Below, piece after piece: positions 1-9,195 of a DNA stretch of 64,000 bases (position 1 is the first letter of the stretch; every line of letters begins with the position of its first letter). The position numbers and the translations under genes are program-made. Source of the DNA: an uncultured bacterium (lineage in GTDB: Bacteria; Pseudomonadota; Gammaproteobacteria; Burkholderiales; SG8-39); NCBI GenBank assembly GCA_965233185.1, contig CBDDSA010000092.1, forward strand, positions 1,270 to 65,269, given 5' to 3'. The notes below the pieces were generated by a model. The model did not search any database. It had not been told where the DNA came from and was given only the letters and a program-made list of their open reading frames with translations.

Positions 1-2
1 CC

Positions 3-662
3 GGGGCGCTCGGCGTGTCGAATTTGATCTGCCTGCTCAACAACGGCCTGAAAGGCACACGCCCGACCCAGGCGAATAATCTGGGCCCGTTCTTCCGCGA
101 AGGCGCGCCGCAACTGCAGAATGGCGCCTCGCTGCTGCGTTCGCCAACTCCCGGTCCCAAACTGGCGTTCAGAGGCTACGTCAAGGACGTAGACGGTCAG
201 GCGGTGGAAGGCGCCCTGGTGGACGTGTGGCATTCGTCGCCCGTCGGCCTTTACGAGAACCAAGATCCGACGCAGGCGGAGATGAACCTGCGGGGCAAGT
301 TCACTACCGGCGCGGATGGCTCATTCAGCTTCACGACGGTTAAGCCGGCTGGCTACCCGGTGCCCATCGAGGGACCCAATGGAGCGCTGCTTAGCGCGCA
401 AAAGCGTCATCATATGCGGCCCGCGCATTTGCACTTCCTCGTCTACAAGACTGGCTATAAGACCATTGCCTCCCAGGTCTACGATCCGGAAGACCCGCAT
501 CTCGAGACCGACAGCCAGTTCGGCGTGACCCGGGCCCTGATCGGCGATTACCGCAAGCAGCCCGACTCGAGCTATGCGCTGGAATTCACCTTCGTGATCG
601 AGCCGGGCGATAGCTCGCGCCCGAGGGCACCGATCACCCACAAAGTCGCCGCGGCCGCCTAG
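3..662 (+). CDS. intradiol ring-cleavage dioxygenase (catechol/hydroxyquinol 1,2-dioxygenase family), 5' end outside the window
   Basis: The frame is open from base 3. The ORF 15..662 product has an intradiol core (GPFF..., HMRPAHLHF). It is paralogous to 54847..55758. Confidence 0.85.
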   Translation, partial: GALGVSNLICLLNNGLKGTRPTQANNLGPFFREGAPQLQNGASLLRSPTPGPKLAFRGYVKDVDGQAVEGALVDVWHSSPVGLYENQDPTQAEMNLRGKFTTGADGSFSFTTVKPAGYPVPIEGPNGALLSAQKRHHMRPAHLHFLVYKTGYKTIASQVYDPEDPHLETDSQFGVTRALIGDYRKQPDSSYALEFTFVIEPGDSSRPRAPITHKVAAAA

Positions 663-1966
663 TGCCGCGCCTGGTGCGCGTCGCGCTGGTGTCGCTGCGC
701 GACCTCGCGGCGACCGCGGGCCCGTTCCTCCTCGTCGCGCTGGGGCTGCTGATCGCCGCGTACTTCGTGCTCGACCCCGCGCCGCCGCGCCGCGTGGTGC
801 TCGCCACGGGGCCGGAAGGCACCGCTTATGCGGAGTTCGGTAAGCGCTACGCCGCCGAGCTCGCGCGCTACGGCATCGAGGTGGCGCTGCGCCCAAGCAT
901 GGGCGCGCGCGACAACCTGCGCCTGCTGCGCGAGGCGAAGGAGGAAGTGGACCTGGGCTTCGTGCAGGGCGGCGCGGGCGAGGAGGACGCCGCGCCGTCC
1001 ATCGAGCTGGTATCGCTGGGCAGCGTGAACTACGAGCCGGTGTGGATCTTCCGCCGCGGCCAGCCGCTCGAGCGCCTGGGCGACCTGCGCGGCCTGCGCG
1101 TCAACACCGGCGTGCGCGGCAGCGGCACGCCAGGCATCACGCGCCGGCTGCTGGAAGCGAACTTCGTCGAGCGCGACGAGCTCAAGCGCGAAAGCCTGGC
1201 GGAGACCCCGGCCGTCATGGCCTTGCTCGAAGGGCGGCTGGACGCGGCGGTGCTGGTCTCGCCGCCCGAGTCGCCGATGGTGCAGATGCTCCTGCAGACG
1301 CCGGGGCTGCACCTTTACGAGTACGCCCATGCCGAAGCCTACTCGCGGCGCTTTCCCTACCTGGTGCCGGTGGTGCTGCCGCGCGGCGTGGTCGACCTGT
1401 CGCGCGACGTGCCGCGCGAGGACATCACGCTCGTCGCCACCACCACCGCGCTGGTTTCGCGCGCCGACACGCATCCCGCGCTGATGCAGCTTTTCGTGCA
1501 GGCCGCCGCGCGCATCCACGGCGGGCCCGGGTGGATCGCGCGCGCCGGCGAGTTTCCCAATGCCCGGGCGGGCGAGCTGCCCCTCGCCAAGGAGGCGCAG
1601 CGCTACTACCAGAGCGGCGGCCCGCCGCTGCTGCAGCGCTACCTGCCGTTCTGGCTCGCCAACCTGGTGGACCGCATGTGGGTGGCGCTGTTCTCCATCG
1701 TCGCGGTGCTGATCCCGCTGTCGCGGCTGCTGCCGCCGCTCTACGAGTTTCGCGTGCGCTCGCGCATTTTCCGCTGGTACCGCAACCTGCGCCAGATCGA
1801 AAGCGACCTCGACGCCAGCCAAGCGAGCCGCGAGGAGCTGCTGGCCGCGCTCGAGCGGCTCGAGCGGCGCGCCTTTGCCGTCACCGTGCCCCTGTCCTAC
1901 GCCGACGAGCTCTACGCGCTGCGCCAGCACATCGGGCTCGTTCGCAGCCGCCTCGAGAAAAGCTAA
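662..1966 (+). CDS. TAXI-family TRAP-type solute-binding protein with C-terminal membrane/coiled-coil extension
   Basis: 434-aa ORF whose GTG start overlaps the upstream TAG. It has an N-terminal TM helix, a TAXI-like core (LATGPEGTAYAEFGKRYAAEL...DLGFVQGG) and C-terminal hydrophobic and charged helices. Confidence 0.7.
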   Translation: MPRLVRVALVSLRDLAATAGPFLLVALGLLIAAYFVLDPAPPRRVVLATGPEGTAYAEFGKRYAAELARYGIEVALRPSMGARDNLRLLREAKEEVDLGFVQGGAGEEDAAPSIELVSLGSVNYEPVWIFRRGQPLERLGDLRGLRVNTGVRGSGTPGITRRLLEANFVERDELKRESLAETPAVMALLEGRLDAAVLVSPPESPMVQMLLQTPGLHLYEYAHAEAYSRRFPYLVPVVLPRGVVDLSRDVPREDITLVATTTALVSRADTHPALMQLFVQAAARIHGGPGWIARAGEFPNARAGELPLAKEAQRYYQSGGPPLLQRYLPFWLANLVDRMWVALFSIVAVLIPLSRLLPPLYEFRVRSRIFRWYRNLRQIESDLDASQASREELLAALERLERRAFAVTVPLSYADELYALRQHIGLVRSRLEKS

Positions 1967-1975
1967 ACTAGATCG

Positions 1976-2284
1976 ATGGATTGGCAAGACGTGGGTGCGG
2001 TAGACGAGGTGACCGAGGACCTGCCGCTGTCGGCAACGGTGGGCGACAAGCGCATCGGGGTGTACCTCGTCAACGGCCGGTACTACGCGCTCGAGGATGT
2101 CTGCCCGCACGCCGAGGCGCTGCTGTCGGAGGGCTTCGTCGAAGGCGAGGAGATCGAGTGCCCGCTGCACGGCGCGCGCTTTCACATTCCGAGCGGCAAG
2201 TGCACCCGCGAGCCGGGCGGCCGGGACCTCGCCTGCTACAAGGCGAAGCGCGAAGGCAGCCGCATCCTGGTGCGGCTCGGGTAA
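1976..2284 (+). CDS. Rieske [2Fe-2S] ferredoxin component of an oxygenase system
   Basis: 102-aa ORF carrying the Rieske ligand motifs CPHAEALL...ECPLHGARF. Confidence 0.85.
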   Translation: MDWQDVGAVDEVTEDLPLSATVGDKRIGVYLVNGRYYALEDVCPHAEALLSEGFVEGEEIECPLHGARFHIPSGKCTREPGGRDLACYKAKREGSRILVRLG

Positions 2285-2553
2285 TGGATCACAACCCGTT
2301 CCTCGCCAGGCGCCTGGGCGCCGCACGCGGCGCCCTCGAGCAGCCGCAGAACCTCGAGTGGCAGACGCGCGCCGCACCGCCGACCGAGTTCGAGAACCGC
2401 CTGGGCGATGCGCTCGAGCGGGTGTTCGACGACGGCGCCGAAACGCCGGCGCAGGTGGTGGCGCGGCTCAACGCCATGGCGTTTCCCGATGCCGAGGGCC
2501 GGCCCTGGACCGAGGCGTCGTTCCGCGAGGCGATGGCGCGCCTGGGCGCATGA
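2284..2553 (+). CDS. small protein with recombinase-like helix-turn-helix tail, function unknown
   Basis: 89 codons in the frame of ORF 1981..2553. It overlaps the ferredoxin gene by TAATG and the oxygenase gene by ATGA. The tail (VVARLNAMAFPDAEGRPWTEASFREAMARLG) resembles a resolvase/recombinase HTH region. Confidence 0.5.
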   Translation: MDHNPFLARRLGAARGALEQPQNLEWQTRAAPPTEFENRLGDALERVFDDGAETPAQVVARLNAMAFPDAEGRPWTEASFREAMARLGA

Positions 2554-3554
2554 ACGCGGCGCAGCTTCTCGATACCGGCCTGCGCAACCTCTGGTATCCG
2601 GTGCTGCCGGCCTGGCGCCTGCACGAGGCGCCGCTCGGCATCACCCGGCTGGGGGAAAACCTGGTGCTGTGGCGCGACCCGCAGGGCGGCGTGCACGCGC
2701 TGGAAGACCGCTGCCCGCACCGCGGCGCGCGGCTCTCGCTCGGCTGGAACCTGGGCGAGCGCCTGGCGTGCTGGTACCACGGTGTGGAGGTCACCGGCGA
2801 GGGCGTGGTGGCCGCGGTCCCTGCCATCGAGAAAAGCCCCCTGGTGGGCAAATGCGCAGTCAGGCGCTATCCCGCGCGCGAGCTGCACGGCGCGGTCTTC
2901 GTCTACTTCGGCGACGCGCTGCATCCCGAGCCGCCGCCGCTCTCGCTCCCCGAGCAGCTCGGCTCGCCGGAGTGGTCGCATTTCCTGTGCACGGCCACCT
3001 GGGCATGCAACTACCGCTACGCCGTCGACAACGTGATGGACCCGATGCACGGCACTTACCTGCACGCGCAATCGCATTCGATGGCGCAGGGCGACCGGAC
3101 GGCCGAATTTCGCGTGCGCAATACCGACACCGGGCTGGTGTTCGAGAAGACCAGCCAGCAGGGCCTCAACTTCGACTGGGTGGAATGGGGCGAGTCGGGC
3201 GCGCACTGGATGCGCCTTTCCATTCCCTACCAGAAGAAGTTCGGGCCCGGCGGGCCGTTCTACATCGTCGGTTTCGCCACGCCGATCGACGCGCAGCGCA
3301 CCCAGGTGTTTTTCTGGCGCTGCCGCAAAGTCCAGGGCTGGCAGCGCGAGGTGTGGCGCTTCCTGTACCGCAACCGGCTCGAAGGCCTGCACTGGGCGGT
3401 GCTCGAGCAGGACCACGAGCTGCTCGAGAACATGGCGCCCGAGGCGCGCAGCCGCGAGTTCCTCTACCAGCACGACGTCGGCATGGCGCGCGTGCGCCGC
3501 ATGCTCGAGATGCAGGCGCGCGAGCAGGCGCGCGCCCTCGATGAATCTCGCTGA
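2550..3554 (+). CDS. Rieske non-heme iron oxygenase, alpha (catalytic) subunit
   Basis: 334 codons in the frame of ORF 2097..3554. Rieske motif CPHRGARLSLG...CWYHG. The catalytic domain contains NVMDPMHGTYLH. Confidence 0.85.
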   Translation: MNAAQLLDTGLRNLWYPVLPAWRLHEAPLGITRLGENLVLWRDPQGGVHALEDRCPHRGARLSLGWNLGERLACWYHGVEVTGEGVVAAVPAIEKSPLVGKCAVRRYPARELHGAVFVYFGDALHPEPPPLSLPEQLGSPEWSHFLCTATWACNYRYAVDNVMDPMHGTYLHAQSHSMAQGDRTAEFRVRNTDTGLVFEKTSQQGLNFDWVEWGESGAHWMRLSIPYQKKFGPGGPFYIVGFATPIDAQRTQVFFWRCRKVQGWQREVWRFLYRNRLEGLHWAVLEQDHELLENMAPEARSREFLYQHDVGMARVRRMLEMQAREQARALDESR

Positions 3555-4257
3555 GCGCCACATCCTGATCACCGGCGGCGCGCGCGGCCTGGGACGCGCC
3601 TTCGCCCAGGCCGCCGTGCGCGCCGGCGCCCGCGTCACCATCGCCGACATCCTCATGTCGGGGCCGGCCGTCGCCGACAGCATCGGCGCGCAGTTCATGC
3701 ACCTCGACCTCGCCTCGCCGGCTTCCATCGAAAGCGCCTTATCGGCGCTGCAGGCGCTCGACGGCCTGGTCAACAACGCGGCGATCACCGACTCGGGCGG
3801 CCGCTCGCTGGAGGAGCTGGACGTGGAGACCTGGGACCGCGTCATGGCGGTCAACGTGCGAGGCACCTGGCTCATGACCCGTGCCTGCCTGCCGCTGCTG
3901 CGCGCAAGCCGCGGCAAGGTGGTGAACGTGGCCTCGGACACGGTGCAGTGGGGCGCGCCCAGGCTGCTCGCCTATCTATCCAGCAAGGGCGCGGTCGTGG
4001 CGATGACGCGCGGCATGGCGCGCGAGCTGGGACCGCAGGGCATCACCGTGAACGCCCTCGCCCCCGGCCTGACCGAAGTGGAGGCCACCGCCTACGTGCC
4101 CGCGGAGCGCCACCGCCTGTACCGCGAAGGCCGCGCCATTCCGCGCTCCCAGCTGCCGCACGACGTGTGCGGCGCGCTGCTTTTCCTCCTGTCGGACGAC
4201 GCCGCCTTCATGACCGGCCAGGTGCTGCCGGTGAACGGCGGCTTCGTGATGAATTGA
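3541..4257 (+). CDS. SDR-family oxidoreductase
   Basis: 238-aa ORF with TGGARGLG cofactor motif, NNAAI and YLSSKGAV active-site region. Confidence 0.85.
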   Translation: MNLAERHILITGGARGLGRAFAQAAVRAGARVTIADILMSGPAVADSIGAQFMHLDLASPASIESALSALQALDGLVNNAAITDSGGRSLEELDVETWDRVMAVNVRGTWLMTRACLPLLRASRGKVVNVASDTVQWGAPRLLAYLSSKGAVVAMTRGMARELGPQGITVNALAPGLTEVEATAYVPAERHRLYREGRAIPRSQLPHDVCGALLFLLSDDAAFMTGQVLPVNGGFVMN

Positions 4258-5051
4258 GCGCGATCGAGGCACGCATCGCCGCGTTTGCGCCGCGGCGCAT
4301 CTCGGTGGACGGAAGGACGCTCGCCTATCGCGAGGCGGGCAAGGGCGCGCCCCTCGTGCTGCTGCACGGCATCGGCTCGTCATCCGCGTCGTGGCTCTTC
4401 CAGCTCGAATCCCTGTCGGCGCAGTACCGCGTGATCGCCTGGGACGCCCCAGGCTACGGCGACTCGGATGCCTTCTCCCTCGAGGCGCCGGCGCCCCCGG
4501 ATTACGCGCGCGCGCTGGCCGTCCTGCTGAGCGCGCTGCAGGCGACATCGTGCGTGCTGGTCGCGCAATCGCTGGGATGCCTGATCGCGGGGTCGTACGC
4601 GCGCAACTTCCCGCTGGAAAAAATGCTGCTCATCAGCCCGGCGGGCGGCTACGCCGGCGAGCGCGCCAGGATCGCCGATCGGCTGCGCCAGCTCGAGGCG
4701 CTCGGGCCCGAGGGCCTCGCCGAGCAGCGTGCCGCCGGCATGCTCTCGCCCAGCCCGCCCGCGGCGGCGCTGGAGCTGGTGCGCTGGAGCTACCGGCGCA
4801 TCCGCCCGGAAGGCTACCGCCAGGCCGCGCACTGCCTGGCGAGCGGCAACCTGCGCGCCGATGCGCCTTTCTTCAAGGGCCGCGTGCTGGTGGCCTGCGG
4901 CAGCGAGGACCGCGTGACGCCCGAGGCCGGCTGCCGGGAAATCGCCGCCGCGTTCGCGAACGCGGCCTACCGCAGCCTGCCCGGCCTGGGCCACGCCTCG
5001 CAGGCCGAGGATCCCGAGGCGGTAAACGCTATGATCCGGGGATTCGCATGA
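4254..5051 (+). CDS. alpha/beta-fold hydrolase (meta-cleavage-product hydrolase-like)
   Basis: Frame of ORF 3948..5051. The likely TTG start at 4254 overlaps the SDR stop. Contains LVLLHGIGSS, nucleophile elbow AQSLGC and a C-terminal GLGH. Confidence 0.75.
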   Translation: MSAIEARIAAFAPRRISVDGRTLAYREAGKGAPLVLLHGIGSSSASWLFQLESLSAQYRVIAWDAPGYGDSDAFSLEAPAPPDYARALAVLLSALQATSCVLVAQSLGCLIAGSYARNFPLEKMLLISPAGGYAGERARIADRLRQLEALGPEGLAEQRAAGMLSPSPPAAALELVRWSYRRIRPEGYRQAAHCLASGNLRADAPFFKGRVLVACGSEDRVTPEAGCREIAAAFANAAYRSLPGLGHASQAEDPEAVNAMIRGFA

Positions 5052-5776
5052 TCTCGCACCGCAGCTATCTCGCCCTTCTGGGCGCGCTGTTCGCCGCGCT
5101 GTGGATCGTGCTCGCCCTGGAGCCGCGCTACCGCGACGACTGGATGCTCGAGAACGTGCTGGTGGCGGTGCTGGTCATCGGCATCGCCGCCTCGCACCGC
5201 AGGTTCCTGCTCTCGCGCGTGTCCTACACCCTGCTGTTCCTGTTTCTGTGCCTGCACGAGGTGGGAGCGCATTACACCTACTCCGAGGTGCCCTACGACG
5301 CCTGGATCCGGGCGCTCACCGGCCATTCGCTGGACGAGGCCATGGGCTGGGAGCGCAACCATTTCGACCGCCTGGCGCACTTCTGCTACGGGCTGCTCAT
5401 GGCCTATCCGCTGCGCGAGTTCTTCCTGCGGGTGGCGGACGTGCGCGGCTTCTGGGGCTACTTCCTGCCGCTCGACTTCGCGCTGTCCACTTCCGCGCTG
5501 TACGAGCTGTTCGAGTGGGGCGCGGCGGAGCTCTTCGGCGGGGAGCTGGGCGCGGCCTACCTGGGCGCCCAGGGCGACGTGTGGGACGCGCACAAGGACA
5601 TGGCGCTCGCCGGCCTGGGCGCGCTCATCGCGATGCTCGCCACCGCGGCGCTGAACGCCTACCTGCAGCACGATTTCGCGCGCGAGCTGCAGGAGAGCCT
5701 GCGCGTCAAGGCGCGCACGCCGCTGGGCGAGGACGAGATCGAGCGGCTGCGCCGCACCAAGCGCCTGCTCGGCTAG
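5048..5776 (+). CDS. DUF2238/YjdF-like inner-membrane protein
   Basis: ATGA overlap with the hydrolase gene. Multi-TM protein with motifs GAHYTYSEVPYDAW, NHFDRLAHFCYG and GDVWDAHKDMALAGLGAL, as I recall for YjdF. Confidence 0.7.
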   Translation: MISHRSYLALLGALFAALWIVLALEPRYRDDWMLENVLVAVLVIGIAASHRRFLLSRVSYTLLFLFLCLHEVGAHYTYSEVPYDAWIRALTGHSLDEAMGWERNHFDRLAHFCYGLLMAYPLREFFLRVADVRGFWGYFLPLDFALSTSALYELFEWGAAELFGGELGAAYLGAQGDVWDAHKDMALAGLGALIAMLATAALNAYLQHDFARELQESLRVKARTPLGEDEIERLRRTKRLLG

Positions 5777-5800
5777 CGTGGCAATCGACGAGGTGACCCG

Positions 5801-6295
5801 ATGGACCATGGATTGACCCTGAAGCAGCTTATGGAGTCGCGCACCGCGCGGCACGCCACGCGGCGCTACGACTGGGACGCGCTCAAGTTCCAGGCCGACT
5901 TCGACCCGCGCTACCGCCGCGCGCAGATGCGCTACGTCGGCACCGGCGGCACCGGCGTGCAGGCCGACGCCGGCGTGGTGCCGGCCGAGCACTTCACCTT
6001 CTCCACCATGCTGCTGCCGGCGGGCGCCGAGGGCCCGCCGCACGTGCACGACGACGTGGAAGAGATTTTTTTCGTGATGCGCGGGAAAGTGAAGGTGACG
6101 TGCGAGAAGGACGGCGAGAAATGGGAGACCGTGCTGGGCGAGCGCGACCTGGTCTCCATCCCGCCGGGCGTGTATCGCGGCGAAATCAACATCGGCGAGG
6201 AGGACGCGCTGATGTGCGTGATGCTGGGCGCCGCGCGCCCGCATACCCCGACGTACCCGCCCGAGCACCCGCTCGCCAAGATCAAGCGTCCGTGA
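5801..6295 (+). CDS. cupin-domain protein
   Basis: 164-aa ORF with a cupin metal motif region (PPHVHDDVEEIFFVMRGKV). Confidence 0.65.
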   Translation: MDHGLTLKQLMESRTARHATRRYDWDALKFQADFDPRYRRAQMRYVGTGGTGVQADAGVVPAEHFTFSTMLLPAGAEGPPHVHDDVEEIFFVMRGKVKVTCEKDGEKWETVLGERDLVSIPPGVYRGEINIGEEDALMCVMLGAARPHTPTYPPEHPLAKIKRP

Positions 6296-7908
6296 GCACG
6301 GTAGGCGAAGCGGTGGTCGCCTGCCTGGAAAGGCTGCAGGTTTCCGCCGCCTTCGGCGTGGTGTCCATCCACAACATGCCGATCCTGGACGCCCTCCACC
6401 GCCGCGGCCGGCTGCGCTTCGTGCCGGCGCGCGGCGAAGCCGGCGCCCTCAGCATGGCCGACGCCTATGCGCGCGCCCGCGGCGGCCTGGGCGTGGCGAT
6501 CACCAGCACCGGCACCGCGGCGGGCAACGCCGCCGGCGGCCTGGTGGAGGCGCTCGCCGCGGGCACGCCGCTGCTGCACCTCACCGGCCAGATCGATTCG
6601 CCCTACCTCGACCGCGACCTGGGCTTCCTGCACGAGGCGCGCGACCAGCTCGGCATGCTGAAGGCGGTATCCAAGGCCGCCTTCCGCCTGCAGTCAGCCG
6701 AGGAAACTTACGAGGTGCTCGACAGGGCGGTCAAGGCGGCGCTCACGCCGCCCACCGGCCCGGTTTCGGTCGAAATACCGATCGACGTGCAGCAGGCGCA
6801 GGCGCCGCCGCCCACGGCCCCGGGTTTGGTGCCGGGGATCGCAACTCCATCCGTGGACGCGCTGGCGGAGCGGCTGAGCGGCGCGCGGCGGCCGCTGCTG
6901 TGGCTGGGCGGAGGCGCGCGGCACGCGGGCCAAGCCGTGCGCAAGCTGCTCGACCTGGGGTTTGCCGCCGTTACCAGCGTGCAGGGCCGCGGCGTGATGC
7001 CCGAGGACGATCCGCGCTGCCTGGGCGCCTTCGCCCTCGCCTGCGAAGACTTCCTGCAAAGCTGCGACGCGCTGCTCGTGGCCGGCTCGCGCCTGCGCAG
7101 CAACGAGACGCTCGCCTACCGCCTGAAGCTGCCGCGCCCGCTCTATCGCATCGACGCCGAGGCATCGCGCGCCGAGCATCCCTACCCCGCCGACCTGTTC
7201 CTCGCCGGCGAGGCGGGCGCGGCGCTGGAGGCGCTGGCGCAGCGCCTTTCCGGGCTGCGTGTCGACCCGGCGTTCGCCGGCGACGTGCGTGCGGCGCGCG
7301 CCGCCGCCGAGGCGCAGGCGCGCGCGGCGCTCGGCCCGTACGCAGCGCTGGTGGACGAGCTGCAGCGCCTTGCGGGACACGATTTCATCTGGGTGCGCGA
7401 CGTCACCCTATCCAACAGCATGTGGGGCAACCGCCTGCTGCGCCTGCGCGGCCCGCGCGATGGCGTGCACGCGGTCGGCGGCGGCATAGGACTGGGCTTG
7501 CCCATGGCCATCGGCGCATCGATAGGTTCCGGAAGAAAGACCGTCTGCCTCGCCGGCGACGGCGGCCTGCAGCTCAGCCTGGGCGAGCTCGCCACGCTGG
7601 TGCAGGAAAAGGCCGACGTGCTGCTTGTCCTCATGAACGACCGCGGCTATGGCGTGATCCGCAACGTCTGGGATGCGCAGTACGGCGGCCGGCGCGCCTA
7701 TACCGACCTGCACACGCCGGATTTTGCGCGGCTCGCCGGCGCCTTGGGCCTGGAGCATCGCCGCGTGCAGAAGGCCGGCGAGTTCGCCCCGGTGCTGCGG
7801 GAGGCGTTCGCGCGGCGCGGCCCGATCATGGTCGAGGTCGACATGCTCGCGGTCGGGCCCTATGCCGCCGCCTTTGCCGGCCCGCCGGTGCGAAAGGAAA
7901 CGGCATGA
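6292..7908 (+). CDS. thiamine-diphosphate-dependent enzyme (acetolactate synthase/benzoylformate decarboxylase superfamily)
   Basis: GTG start at 6292 overlaps the cupin stop (GTGA). N-terminal TPP-binding fold and a C-terminal GDGGLQ...NDRGYG TPP motif. Confidence 0.8.
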   Translation: MSTVGEAVVACLERLQVSAAFGVVSIHNMPILDALHRRGRLRFVPARGEAGALSMADAYARARGGLGVAITSTGTAAGNAAGGLVEALAAGTPLLHLTGQIDSPYLDRDLGFLHEARDQLGMLKAVSKAAFRLQSAEETYEVLDRAVKAALTPPTGPVSVEIPIDVQQAQAPPPTAPGLVPGIATPSVDALAERLSGARRPLLWLGGGARHAGQAVRKLLDLGFAAVTSVQGRGVMPEDDPRCLGAFALACEDFLQSCDALLVAGSRLRSNETLAYRLKLPRPLYRIDAEASRAEHPYPADLFLAGEAGAALEALAQRLSGLRVDPAFAGDVRAARAAAEAQARAALGPYAALVDELQRLAGHDFIWVRDVTLSNSMWGNRLLRLRGPRDGVHAVGGGIGLGLPMAIGASIGSGRKTVCLAGDGGLQLSLGELATLVQEKADVLLVLMNDRGYGVIRNVWDAQYGGRRAYTDLHTPDFARLAGALGLEHRRVQKAGEFAPVLREAFARRGPIMVEVDMLAVGPYAAAFAGPPVRKETA

Positions 7909-8798
7909 GCATCACCGGCATCGACGCCATCACCTACGGCGTCGAGGACCTCGAGCTGTGCCGCCGCTTTTTCGCCGATTGGGGCCTCAGGGAAACGGCC
8001 CCGGGCGAGTTCGAGACCCTCAACGGCTGCGAGGTGAAGCTGCGCCCCAAGGACGATCCGCGGCTGCCCCGGCCGATGGAGCCGGGCTCGACGCTGCGCG
8101 AGGTGGTCTGGGCCACCGACGGCCCGCCGCCCGCGCCGTGCACCGACCCCAACGGGCTTTCGCTCGCGTTCCGGAAAAGCCGCAAGCGCAGCCTCGAGGT
8201 CCAGGGCGTCCCCGCCAATGCCTGGGGGCGCAACGCGCGCATCGACCGGCCGAGCCCGGTGTACGAGCGCGCCGAGCCGGTGGAGGTGGGCCACCTGGTG
8301 CTGTTCACCGACCGCCTGGCGCAGATGGAGCGGTTCTACGTCGAGCAGCTCGGGTTTCTCGTGTCTGACCGCTATCCCGGCCGCGGCGTGTTCCTGCGCT
8401 GCACGCCCGAGGGCGGGCACCACGACCTTTTCGTGCTGCAGACACCAGCTTCGAAGCCCGGCGTCAATCACGTGGCTTTCGCGGTGCGCGACATCTATGA
8501 GGTGTTCGGCGGCGGCCTGCATGTCGGGCGCAAAGGCTGGACTACCGAGATCGGGCCCGGACGCCATCCGGTCTCCTCGGCCTTCTTCTGGTACGTGAAG
8601 TGTCCTGCCGGCGGCCTCGCCGAGTACTACGCGGACGAGGACTACGTGACCCCGGCATGGCAGCCGCGCGAGCTCACCCCCAGCCCGGCGAATTTCGCCG
8701 AGTGGGCCGTCACCGGCGGCATCGACGGCCATACCCGCCGGCAGGCAAGCGGCCCCGCGCCGGAAACCGGGACCGCCGGCCGGGCTGCACGCACGTAG
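7905..8798 (+). CDS. two-domain VOC-family protein (glyoxalase/extradiol dioxygenase fold)
   Basis: ATGA overlap with the TPP-enzyme gene. 297 codons in the frame of ORF 6900..8798. VOC-like segments include GGHHDLFVLQ and VNHVAFAV. Confidence 0.7.
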   Translation: MSITGIDAITYGVEDLELCRRFFADWGLRETAPGEFETLNGCEVKLRPKDDPRLPRPMEPGSTLREVVWATDGPPPAPCTDPNGLSLAFRKSRKRSLEVQGVPANAWGRNARIDRPSPVYERAEPVEVGHLVLFTDRLAQMERFYVEQLGFLVSDRYPGRGVFLRCTPEGGHHDLFVLQTPASKPGVNHVAFAVRDIYEVFGGGLHVGRKGWTTEIGPGRHPVSSAFFWYVKCPAGGLAEYYADEDYVTPAWQPRELTPSPANFAEWAVTGGIDGHTRRQASGPAPETGTAGRAART

Positions 8799-8818
8799 CT
8801 TGCTAGAGGGACCTCACC

Positions 8819-9154
8819 ATGAGACTCCTCACCCTTCTTGCCATCGCCACCGTCGCCGCAGGCGCCTACCATTTCCGCAGCCGCCACCGCGTACAGGTCG
8901 ACACGACCTCGAGCCTCGCCCGCCGCGTGCGCGCCGCGATCGAGGCCTCCGTGGCCAACCCGGGCGGGGTGGATGTGCGCGTGCACCGCGATACCGTGAC
9001 GCTGCGCGGCCGGGTGCGGCGCGAAGAGCGCGACTTCGTGCTGGCCGCAGCACTGGGGGCGCCCGGGGTGACCCAGGTGCGCAACTTCCTGGAAGTGGAC
9101 GAGCAGCCCGGCGAGCTCGGCACGATGCAAAGCGGGCTCGCCACCGGCGTCTAG
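8819..9154 (+). CDS. BON-domain protein
   Basis: 111-aa ORF with an N-terminal hydrophobic helix and a BON-like segment (VDVRVHRDTVTLRGRV...APGVTQVRNFLEV). Confidence 0.6.
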   Translation: MRLLTLLAIATVAAGAYHFRSRHRVQVDTTSSLARRVRAAIEASVANPGGVDVRVHRDTVTLRGRVRREERDFVLAAALGAPGVTQVRNFLEVDEQPGELGTMQSGLATGV

Positions 9155-9195
9155 CGCGCACGCGGCCCGCCCGGGGTCGGTGCTAGCATCCGCCC

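Noticed and set aside
659-2377. Many long ORFs (150-630 aa) antisense to or out of frame with the called genes, for example 659..2377(-), 2289..3941(-), 15105..16295(+), 19827..20828(-), 48352..50250(+), and the N-terminal parts of 6900..8798 and 33089..34510.
   Set aside because: Their products are Arg/Ala/Pro/Gly-rich low-complexity sequence. This is typical of off-frame translation of very GC-rich DNA. Each one overlaps an ORF with clear domain motifs and a proper start and Shine-Dalgarno context.
2284-2553. The recombinase-like HTH mini-ORF as a sign of a mobile element or integrase remnant.
   Set aside because: It has only about 89 codons with no catalytic domain. It is tightly coupled inside a catabolic operon, and there are no flanking inverted repeats or att-like sites.
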